From Okamejei kenojei (Eukaryota), in assembly GCA_035221665.1 (NCBI GenBank), contig CM069164.1, positions 19,840,001 through 19,904,000 of the forward strand: a stretch of DNA of 64,000 nucleotides. Reading direction: 5' to 3'. The stretch's first letter is position 1; every line of letters starts with the position of its first letter. The notes under the pieces were generated by a model. That model was given only the letters and a program-made list of their open reading frames with translations. It had not been told where the DNA came from and searched no databases. Shown in pieces: positions 23,701 to 35,700 of this stretch. The position numbers and the translations under genes were made by a program.

Positions 23701-26700
23701 GGACACAACAAAACGCTCCATTCTTCACACTCGCCTTGGTTCTCATTATAAAGGTTTGGGAGATCACGGGCTGATAAGGCAGTGAGATGAAGAACTGTTG
23801 TGGCAGACCTAATATATGCGTTCATTTCACAGAGCAGGACCAGTAATATGCCATTGAGATGCTTGCACTTGTTCTGCTGTACTTTTCTTAACAGCCCTCT
23901 ATATTCAGACATGGGAATTTTAGACGATTGGCCAGACTTTACACTGTAGTCAGTATAGTCATGGTATTTTCAGGTTCATGAAACTTTAGCTCCTTCAAGC
24001 ATTCTAAGATTACAAATTGTGTAAAATGAGGATATATAGCTTAGAAGTCTGTTGCAATTCTCAAATATAACTTTCTGCTGACAATTCTGTTTTGTAGAAT
24101 GCTGATCTAGCAAAAGCAGTGGGAATGTGCAGTTATAACCAGCTGGTGGAGAAGATTATCTTCTGTAAGCAGTCAGAGAAGAGTGAACTAGTCAGTGAAG
24201 GTAAGGGAAAAGAAAGTATTTTCAATAATAGCATGTACAAAGAAAGGAAACTGGAACATTGCTCATCAGCGGAGTAATGTCCACCAATTTCAAATGCAGT
24301 TTTATGCAGAACCTCTTTGAAGCAATATAATAATTGATAGTTAGCAAAGATGACTAAAAACAATGTAATGAAGGGATCTCCAAATCTGTAGGCCTGACAG
24401 TTACTAATCATTGTGGTGAAAATTAGCTTTGAGCAGCTGAGTAAATCTTGCTGCAGAGTAATTTGATGGTACATGATTTTTTTTTTTGTTTTAAAAATTT
24501 CCTCAGTGCCTTTATTTAAACAAAAAGGCACCGAGGGAATGTTATGAATGTAAGGGATTTTGTTGTAATGATTACCAAGTAAATAAAAGTTTTTGATGCA
24601 TTGTTTCTGAATCGCTTATTCTCTCTAATATCCTGAAGGTGGACAGGAATCAAACTATAACCTCTGTTTCAGCCTATAGCTCGTAATTGAGTTGGATGCC
24701 ATTTCTGAGGCCTTTTGGTCAACTAAACTAAATTGTCATTTGGATTTTGTGATGACTGGGCTGGGAGCTACATATGCTCATCAGTTGCCAAACATTAAGA
24801 GCACGCAGTGCCTTCCAGGTTACTTTCAGGTGCAATCTTCCAACAGATGACAGGTCCTAGTCTAATGATACTCTGTTCAGCACAGGGCCTCTCTGACTAT
24901 TTTGCTGGCCTTCCCTGTATTTCATGTTGCTGTATTGTCATAGGAAGCTGGACATCACAGGCTATTAGGCATGTTGCCAGCAATGAAAATAAGACATTTG
25001 GAGTTGGCCAGAGCTGGGTAGCTAGAAGCATTCGCGGAAGCAGTTGCTAAGGGCCAGGAGGCGGGAGGACGTTTGGAGAGGTCAGGGTTGAAGAACTAGG
25101 AGGTCAAGCTGTGGAGTATGATGAATACTGTGTGGAGGTGGTGTAGTGCTAGGAAGCTGAAAACTGGAGAGCCTGGGGAAGGGACAGTGACTTGCCTTTG
25201 CTCGCTTGACTGGAAGTTGGATTGAAACATTGCATTGAACCTTTGTGCCTCTTGTCATGTAACAGACCAGATGCGCTGATTCATGTTGATGCTGCCTGGA
25301 ATACTTGTAGCATGGGCCTTTTGTATACTGGGAGATAGATTGGCCTTTGAGCTCCATGGGAAGTTCAGCAGTGCAGCAGGATCCCAGTTTAATTCTGCAT
25401 CATGAGTTGGGAGATCAGTGGGCAGGCGTTTAAGCGGACCATCCTGTTGCAATTAGAGGCCATGTAGGCACAATTAAAATGGAAAGGTTTGCTCTTTCTC
25501 CATTGCTTTGAACAATGAGATTTAATATGTTACAAAATTATGCAAAAAGCTACAAAGTACAGTTTCTAAAAATAAAATATTTACAAGATTCCCGTGCCAT
25601 TGGAGATTTGCAGGCCAAATAGGTCTTGACATCTGATTTCTGATGAGTTTCTGATGTCAGCTGTGGGGCGAAGTGAATAAATGCTGAAGTTAGCTGTTTT
25701 CATACTAGCATGGCAAACGTACAGTGCCCTCAATAATGTTTCGGACAGAGACCGATCATTTATTTGTTTGCCTCTGTACTCCACAATTTGAGATTTGTAA
25801 TGGAAAAAGTCACATGTAGTTAAAGTGCACATTGTCAGATTTTAATATCGGCCATTTTTAAACATTTTGTTTTCACCATGTAGAAATTAAAGCAGTGTTT
25901 ATACAAAGTCCACCCCACCCCACAATTTCAGGGCACCATAATGTTTGGGACACAGCAATGTCATGTAAATGAAAGTAGTCATGTTTAGTATTTTGTTGCA
26001 TATCCTTTGCAAGCAATGACTGCTTGAAGTCAGCGATGCATGGACATCACTAGTTGTTGGGTGTCTTCTCTGGTGATGCTCTGCCAGACCTGTATCATGC
26101 TTATGCTTGTTTTGGAGGCTAGTCCCCTTCAATTTTCTCCACCATATAAAAGGCATGCTCAATTGGGTTCAGATCGGGTGATTGACTTGGCCACTCAAGA
26201 ATTGACCATTTTTTAGCTTTGAATACCTCTTTTGTTGCTTTAACAGTATGTTTGGGATCATCGCCTTGCTGTGGAATGTACTGCAGGCCGATGAGTTTTG
26301 AGGCATTTGTTTGAACTTGAGCAGATAGGATGTGTCTATACACTTCCGAATTCATCAGCAGTTGTATCATTAATGAAGTTAAGTAAGCCAGTACTTTCAG
26401 CAGCCATACATGCTCTGGCCATAACATCCCCACCGCCGTGTTTCACAGATGAGGTGGTATGCTTTGGATCTTGGGCAGTTCCTTCTCTCCTCCATACTTT
26501 GCTCTTGCCATCACTCTGATACAAGGTAATCTTCGTCTCAACTGTCCACAAGACCTTTTTCCAGAACTGTGGCTCTTTTAATTACTTCCTGGCAAACTAA
26601 CTTGGCCATCCTATTTTTGCAGCTAACCAGTGGTTTGCATCTTGCAGTGTAGCCTCTGTATTTCTGTTTGTGTAGTCTTCTGCGGACAGTGGGGTCATTG

Positions 26701-29700
26701 ACAAATCCACACCTGACTCCTGAAGAGTGTTTCTGATCTGTTGAACAGGTGTTTGGGGATTTTTCTTTATTATAGAGAGAATTCTTCTGTCATCAGCTGT
26801 TGAGGTCTTCCTTGGCCTGCCAGTCCCTTTGTGATTAGTAAGCTCACCAGTGCACTCTTCTTAATGATGTTCCAAACATAGTTGATTTTGGTAAGCCTAA
26901 GGTTTGGCTGGTGTCTCCAATAGTTTAATTTTTATTTCTCAGTCTCATAATGGCTTCTTTGACCTTCATTGGCACAACCTTGATCCTCATGTTGATAAAC
27001 AGCAATAAAAGTTTCCAAAGGTGATGGAAAGATTGGAGGAAAGAGTAGGTGCTGAGAGCTCTCTTATACCTGCATTAAGGAGGCAATTATTACACACCTA
27101 AGCAATTACAAACACCTGTGAAGCCATGTGTCCCAAACATTATGGTGCCCTGAAATGGGGGGGGGGACTGTGTATAAACACAGCTGTTATTTCTACATCA
27201 AAATGTATAAAAATACCGTTTAATAAAATCTGACAATGTGCACTTTAACCACATGTGATTTTTACTATTACAAATCTCAAATTGTGGAGTACAGAGGCAA
27301 ATAATTAAATGATGGGTCTTTGTCCCAAACATTAAGGAGGGCTCTGTAGCAATGAATTCAAACATTATATTTTTATACTGTTGTTCACGGATTGGTGCAG
27401 ATGTTGAATGAAAGAAGATTTGAAGGATGCAAATTATGAAAATAAACATCACAAGCAAGATAAACTGATGTATTGGCTTCCACAATCAGGAGCACAGTTA
27501 TTATATTTAAATTGTTTCTATCATTTTGGGTTATCAGTGGGTGTAGAAGATACAATTGGCCTTCTGAGCTCAGAGTTCAGGAAAGAAGCAGGATGCCTGA
27601 TTATAATAGTGCATGGTGAGTTAGTAGATCAGCTGAGGGCTGTAGTTGTCTTTTTGTAATTGTTATGAACGCATGATATTGTGAACTATATATACATTGT
27701 ACCCTACTTTGCAAGGATCCTTCATGTATAAAGAAAAATTAGTTCACGCTTTGCAATAATGCTTCTGGCTGAAGTGATCTGACATTTATTATGCTACAAC
27801 TGTAGTATTTGACACATTGGAAACCATTCCCTAATTTATTGTGATCTATATGTATTATAACAATTATATGTAATATAACAATTAAGCTGTTTATTTTTTG
27901 TATATGGCTTTGGATGAAGTGTTAAAGTTTAATATTTATCGTGAATTATCTTCATATTGTCAAAGTTAACAAAGTAAAAGCATATTTTTGGTAGAAATCT
28001 AGATCATAGTTTTAATGGTAAGCGCAGATCTGTGTCATCCCTATTGCTTCAATTCCAAGCTATAAATGTGTTTGTAATGAGTTTCTGATTAGTGTTTATA
28101 TTTGGCTGCAATAATCATAGCTTTTCTTTTCCTTCAGGTTATGTTGCAGAACAGTTTTTGAACAACTCAGCAACTCAGTTGACGTACCATGGGTTATGTG
28201 AACTGATTTCCACGGTTGAAGAAGGAGAACTGTGTGTGTTCTTCAGAAATAACCATTTTAGCACTATGACAAAATACAAGGTATTCTTTCATATTATCAA
28301 AGATTTAAGTTAAGAATCAGAACTGTGTACTCTAAATGGTGTCTAATGAAAGGACAAGAATTTACCAAATAAATTGCTTTTCATATACAATCACTGAGAG
28401 GGGTGGATAGAACACATGCATCCTGTTGATCCTTGTTGCAGAAAATATTTCTCATTAAAACGAGGTAAATGGACATTATTTCGTGTCAAATTGTAAATTT
28501 ACCTGGGAAATGAAGCTATACATAATCTAGTGGGCCAGAGGTAATCGAGGTAGTATTTCAGCATTAGTATATTCCAGTATGTATAAGAAGGAACTGAAGA
28601 AGAGTCTCGACCCGAAACGTCACCCATTCCTTCGCTCCAGAGATGCTGCCTGTCCCGCTGAGTTACTCCAGCTTTTTGTGTCTATCTTTAGTATATTCCA
28701 GGTCCAGAGTGCAGAAACGTGCCAAGACTGCCACGTCCAAGAACAATGAGGTGTTGATTGGGAAGCAGATCATTCCACCTCTTATCTTACTCGAGGATGC
28801 CACACGGTTCATCCTGTGAACTGAGATGCCCTCAGATTGCGGGAGGATGGTGTAGAAGGATGCAGTTCAAATGCAAACAAATGAGATTAGTGTAGCTGGC
28901 AAAAGGGTCCACATGGACCTGGTGAGATAAAGGGTTGATTTCTGTGCTCTTTGAGTCCATGAATAATAATAAAATACTTTTCAGGCATAATAGGTTTGAA
29001 CAGAATTGGCATGGATTTATGAAAGGAAAATTATGTTTGGATTTCTTTGAAAGTGTGACTGGTTAACAATTAATGGAGAAGCATTGAATTGAAGGAGATT
29101 TCTCGATATGCAGAAGGCTTGGAATAAGGTCCCATGGAGGAGATCAGTCAATAAGGTTAGATTAAAATTGGGAGTTGCCAATGGCAACTGAGCAGGGATC
29201 AATGCCTGTGCCCCAGCTTTTCATGACCTATATCAACTGGTGATTTGGCTGAGGTGAAGAAACGTAATATTTCCAATTTGGTTATTATACCAATCTCATG
29301 GGGATTGTGAGCATCAAAGTGGATGTGAATTGGCTTCAAAAGGCTATGGTCAAGCTAAAATGGGTGGGCAAGAAACATGGTGGATGCTATTATATTCCAC
29401 TTTGGTATGAAATGGTGACGTTGAATAACTTTGAGGTTCAAAGAGCTCTATGTGTCCTTCTACACAACTCATTGAAAGTCAACTTATAGGTGCTATTGAT
29501 GATGATCTTAGTAGATTGATGTGAACACAAATCTTCACAATGGAAAAGGAGCGAGCTGATAGAAAATGTTTCTGAATGTATATTTCGATTTCCAATGAAA
29601 GTGATGCCTTATTGTCGCTTTTGATAGTTGGTAATGATATATCTGATAGAAAGAATAATTTCTTAAATATATGAATGAATAGGTTTATTGGCCAAGTATT

Positions 29701-32700
29701 CAAATACAAGGAATTTGCCTTGGTGCTCTGCCCACGTGACAACATGACATTCAGTGACAGTTAAGAATGATACATTAAACAATAATAATAAAACATTATT
29801 GATTAAACATGTGAATTAAGTAAAATACCAGAGCAAAAGGAGGCTACAGATTTTTGGTTATTGAGTGGAGCTACTGCTCGTGGAAATAATCTGTTTTTAT
29901 GTCTGGCTGTGGCAGCTTTGACAGTCCGGAGTCGCCTTCCAGAGCGAAGTGAGTCAAAGAGTTTGTGGCCAGGGTGAGAGGGGTCAGAGATGATCTTACC
30001 CGCTCGCTTCCTGGCCCTTGCAGTGTACAGTTCGTCAATGTCGGGAAGGTTGCAGCCAATAACCTTCTCAGCTGATCGAACGATTCACTGCAGCCTCCGG
30101 ATGTCGTGCTTGGTGGCTGAGCCAAACCAGACCATGATGGAGAAGGTGAGAACAGACTCTACGATGGCCGTGTAAAATTGGACCATCATTGCCTGTGGCA
30201 GATTGTGATTCCTCAACTGCTGCAGGAAGTACATCCTCTGTTGTGCCGTTTTGACTGTGGAGTCGATGGTAGCCCCCCACTTAAGGTTCTTGGAGATGAT
30301 GGTTCTCAGGAACTTAAAAGACTCCACAGATATGACTGTGGTGTTGTTGAAGGTGAGTGGGGGGAGGGAAGGGGGAGCCCTCCTAAAGTCTACAATCAAT
30401 TCCGCTGTCTTAGGAGCATTGAGCTCCAGGTTGTTGCGATGGCACCAAGACGTCAGCTGTGACCCTTCCTGTCTGTAGGCAGATTCCTCCCCATCCTGGA
30501 TCAGTCCAATCAGGGATGTGTCGTCCGCAAACTTGAGAGGCTTGACAGAAGAGTCTGTGGAGGTGCAGTCGTTGGTGTAGAGAGTGTAGAGGAGAGGGGA
30601 GAGTATGCAGCCTTGCGGTGCTCCTATGCTGAGGGTTTGCGGGTCCAAGATGTGCTTTCCCAGCCTCACATGCTGCTTCCTGTCTGTCAGGAAACTGGTA
30701 ATCCACCGAAAGAGGGGTTCAGTCAACTCGGAAAATTTGGAGTGTAGTAGCTCTGGCACAATGGTGTTGAATGCAGAGCTAAAATCAACAAACAAAATCC
30801 TCGCATAGGTCATAATCTTCACATAAATATATAGCATGTCAACTCTTGACAGTTTTGTATAATGTCACATCGGTAGCTGACACTACGTTTGGCATAATTT
30901 GCGATGTGATGCGAGTTGTCCTGCTAAAATCCTTCTTTATCCCAATCTTCCAATGGATTTGACTGATGAGAGTAGCCAGTTTCCTTCCAGACTTGCACAT
31001 GAAACTGTGGATCAGCCCTATAGAACTTTAAAAGCATACCAACACTTAAAACTATGAAGAAACCTGTAGTCGGTAGAGCAGCCTCTGCAGACAACTGCTG
31101 GAATTAGTTGTGATGGTTACTTAATGGAGAGCTTGGGAATATTAAACCTGAGAGCCATTGGCGTTGTTCTGCTGGTTCAACAATGAGTGATTGAGCTTGT
31201 CACTCTGTTCTTCAAAGCTTGCTGTTCAATTGGTTTGTTAATAAAGTAGTTTAATACAACAAATAGTAAAGGAAGCTTAATTTGAATTAATTACATTTGA
31301 ATGGAGAGAACATAACAGCACTGAAATTTTGGTACAATTTACAGCACTAAATTACAATGGAATTTTAAATGTGGGGTTGCTAGAATATTTCCTTGGGTTT
31401 GCCACAGTATAAATTATTTTTTGTGGAAAAAGGAATTAAAAAGTGCATAAACTGGCCATTTTCATTCATAGAACCTGTAGACAATGTTTTGTCATTTGTA
31501 TCTCGCACACCTATTTAGTTTCTTGCCTTGTGCTCTTATTTTGTTTCTCTCCTCTTGTTCTTACAATCTCTTGCTTTCATTACATGCAAATCTCTTGCAC
31601 TTGAATCATCTAAATAGAGAGAATTTTTGGATGAGCAAGTACAGAGGTGTTCTCATCAAGGGTACACAAAAGGCTGGAGAAAGTCAGCGGGTGCAGCAGC
31701 ATCTAAGGAGCGAAGGAGATAGGCGACGTTCAGGTCGAGACCCTTCTTCAATAGCTGAAGAAGGGTCTCGACCCGAAACGTCGCCTATCTCCTTCCTCCT
31801 TAGATGCTGCTGCACGCGCTGAGTTTCTCCAGCCTTTTGTGTACCCTCGATTCTCCAGCATCTGCGGTTCCTTCTTTAACACGGTGTTCTCATCAAGGTG
31901 TTCTTGTGCTTGAATCGTAAATTGTTAGCAGGTAGTTGAGAAGGCAAATGACACACTGGTCTTTATTGCAAGAGGTTTGGAGTTTAGACAAGGGGAAGTA
32001 TTGGTACAGTTGTGAACGGTACTGGTGAGACCACAGTTTTGACCCCCTGTTTTTAAGAAAGGGTATACTGGCATTGGCAGCAGTCCAAAATGATTTCACT
32101 GGGCTAATTCTTCAGATGAAATGGCTGTTCTTTCATAACCAGCTGCAAAATATTGAATTTTATTATTTGGAATTTAGAAGAATAAAGAGTAATATTATGA
32201 AAACATATGGAGACATTGTTACAGGATTGACATAGTTACAGGATTATGAAATTTGATTTAAAACAGAGTTGTATAACAGCTTCTCTCAGGGAATGGTGAA
32301 GTTCTGAAATTGTGAAGGTATTTAAAGAGGAAGTAACTAATTTTTTTGAAAGGTAAGGGAACTGATGGGTGTGGAGAATTTTCTGAGGAGGAGATGGAGA
32401 CCTAAGGCAGGTCAACCATAATCACATTGAATGTAGGGGAAGACTTGAGGGGCCGTCTATCCTACCTCTCTTGTTTTCTTATGTGCTGCCTTTGTCTGCT
32501 GCGTGTCTCCATCCATGAGGTTTGTGTACTTGCCACTTACACCATTGCTGTCAGGTCAATTACTGAGGATAAATTCGTGTAGGTTTCTCAATTAGTGTTA
32601 TTTTTGCATCACCTGCTGCACACTGTTTTAGTGACCGTTTATATTTTTGAACTCTCTCGGTACACTCAATGATACTGCAGCTGAGTCACTGTGGATGAAG

Positions 32701-35700
32701 GGTATTGAGGTCTCCACTTTGTGTACATTCCTGCTCTTGTTGTCTTTGGTCCTTCCAGGTGTTGCTTTTCAGCACTAGCTTAAAGGGTTTGAAAATGGAA
32801 AGGAAATTAGAGCTGAAACCAATCCTCGCCACACTCAGGCATTTACCAGCAAGTTTGAATGTGGCTGATACTCAGAATTGATTCAATTTTTCCTACCGAC
32901 AACCATATTCCTAGATCCCTAGGATCCCTATAGAATATTTTAAAAATTGATGCTAGGACTGACTATAACTGTTACTGGGCTGGATAGTCCTCTGTGTCTA
33001 GATTTTGAGATTTAATTACATTTTTGCTCATCCGAATCCATAATAGTTTACCCGATGTCCTGAGATTATACATCCGATTCCTGGCTTGAGGAGAACACAT
33101 CTCGACACACACCAGATCTGTCTCTTAAAATATCTGTACATTTCTGTAGGGTAATCTTAATTTCCAGAGAAGCCAATCTTAGGAACAAATCCAAATGCAG
33201 GTGCCAAAAATCTTAAAATAAAAACAGAAAATGCTGGGAAAAGTCAGCGTCGGACAGTATCTGTGAAAAAAGAATGGCATTTTAACTCTTTCTCCACAGA
33301 TATTACCAGATCTGTTGAATATTTCCAGAACTTTCTATTTTCATTTTACCGTTTCAGCATCTGCGGTTTTCTGATTATTGAAATTTTCCACTCCTGTACC
33401 TTTGTGCCTTCATGTTATCTTTCTGCATTTCATGATAGTATATTAAGATCTATATTTGATTAAACATAGGAGGCCGGTTTGGCTCTACTCTCTGATGGCT
33501 CAGAGTAATCTTATCTCCCCTGCTAATTCACCCCACATTCCCATCATCTCTGTCCAGATTCCACCATGCACCAAAACTATGGGCAATTTATAATGGCCAA
33601 GTATGACCTGATATCATTCATATTTCTGAGAAGTGTGAGGAAACGGGAACAACCACAGAAACCCACAGTGTAATCGGGAGAACATGTAAACTTCATGCAG
33701 ACAGCACTGGAGGGCACCACTGAATCCTGGTCTCGGGGCTGTGAGATCATAGATCTACAAGCCGCTCAAATCCTCTTTGACAATGTCATTACTTGTCCTG
33801 ACCATGGAAAATATTTTTCTGTTTTTCTGTTTTTCGTACCAGAATGATTAACTTTGACTTTTCACATGTTTCATTTCATTTGCCATTGTCATAAATCCTC
33901 ACTTAATTTCTCCACATTTGCTCGTATCATCTTATTAATCATGACTTTGTATTATAAGCGGATGTTCATTATTCATCTTAGTTCCTGTAATAGGTTGCAA
34001 ATAGCCAAGAGCCTTGTGGCATCCCACCATAACAGCTTACTAGTTCATAAGAGGTCATTATTCTTAACTTTTTCCTAATCCTTTAACCAACACTGTCCAG
34101 CTTAATGCACGTTATTATGCCACCTGCTTTGCATAGTGGCATATTGGATAGTGCTGCCACCTCAGTTTTAGTGGCTTGGGTTTGATCCGAATTCCAGGTG
34201 CTGTCCGCATGGAGGTTGTAAGTTCTCCTTGTAATTGCATGGGTTTCCTCCAGGTCCTTCAGATACTCTGGTCTCCTTTTATAGGAAAATAGGTGCAGCA
34301 CCACCATTCAATAAGATCATGGCTGATCATCTAAAACCAGTACCCCGTTCCTGTTTTTTCCCAAAATCCCTTGATTCCTTTAGCCCGAAGAGCTAAATCT
34401 AACTCTCACATTCCAAAGTCATGTTGGTTGATGGATAGTGGGGCAATTTACAGTTGCCAATGAGTGCATAGGTGGATGGCACTAGTAGAATGGGTGAGAG
34501 TTGAGGTTTGTAAGAAAGAGGACATGTTACTAGGATGTAAGTGGAGGAATAGGATAGATGAAATAGTACTGAGATCTTGCATAGATTTGATAGGATAAAT
34601 GGCCTCCTGTGTCGTGAGAAATATGAATGGTATTATTCACTAGGAGCAGTTCCAGCAGCTAATGCATTTGAAATATCAATATTAATTCATTTGCCATTTC
34701 TGCGGCCACCTCTTCTGGAAACAAATTGTCAAAAGCCAGGAGATATATTTTTAAAATCCCAGTTTCTTCAGTACTTCAGTCATTTGAAATTCATCCTTTT
34801 TTATTAATCTCTCGATTCCCAATTATTTCTACAAGTTTTTGTTTTCCAGGATGAGAACATGTAAAATATATTTATCCAAAGTCTCACTTTTATTTATTCC
34901 TCTCATTCATTTTTTTACCCCTTGCCTCTATGTGAACTATTTTTACATAGATATGGAAGCTCCAACAATCCTATACTATATTATTGATCTGCTCTCATAT
35001 TCTGCTGCCTTGGTCTTTATTTTTTTTTGGTCCCCAGTTGCTTGTTCCTGAAATATCATTTCCTCAGGCTTATAATTTACTAATGTTTTAAGCCTCTAAT
35101 GTTTTTTTAAAACTCTTTAGTTAGCCACAGATACATTATTTTTCCCTGTTCACTTTATTTTTCAGCGAAAGGAACATCTGCAAATTATGAAACACTCCCA
35201 TAGGTGTTTGTTTGCCTGCAGGGAAACTTTTCAATCTGATGTTCCTATAACTTTAAAATAATTTACACAAGTGTAAGGAGGGAATTACTCAAAGGTCAAA
35301 ACTCTAGTTTGTAACTGAATGGAATATTGACTGTGTTTTCTCTAGTAAATTCCTCATTATAAGATTAGGAATTAACCCTGTCCCCATGCAATATTAAACT
35401 CTGATAATCCGTGATCCGATTATTCAGAAATCCTGATCGTGTGGAATCTGGCTCGCAGGGAAATGTTTCCGCAACTTCCTTTCATCTCATCAGGTCCACC
35501 TTTCATCAACTCCCATTAAACCTACTGGGTTCACTGGAAAACATATTGTGATACCAGGATAGGAAGGAATTGCAGATGCTGGTTTACACCGAAGATAAGA
35601 CACCAAAGGGTCTCAACCCAAAACGCCACCCATTGCTTCTCTCCAGAGATGCTTCCTGTCCCGCTGAGTTACTCCAGCATTTTGTGCCTATCTTTTGTGT

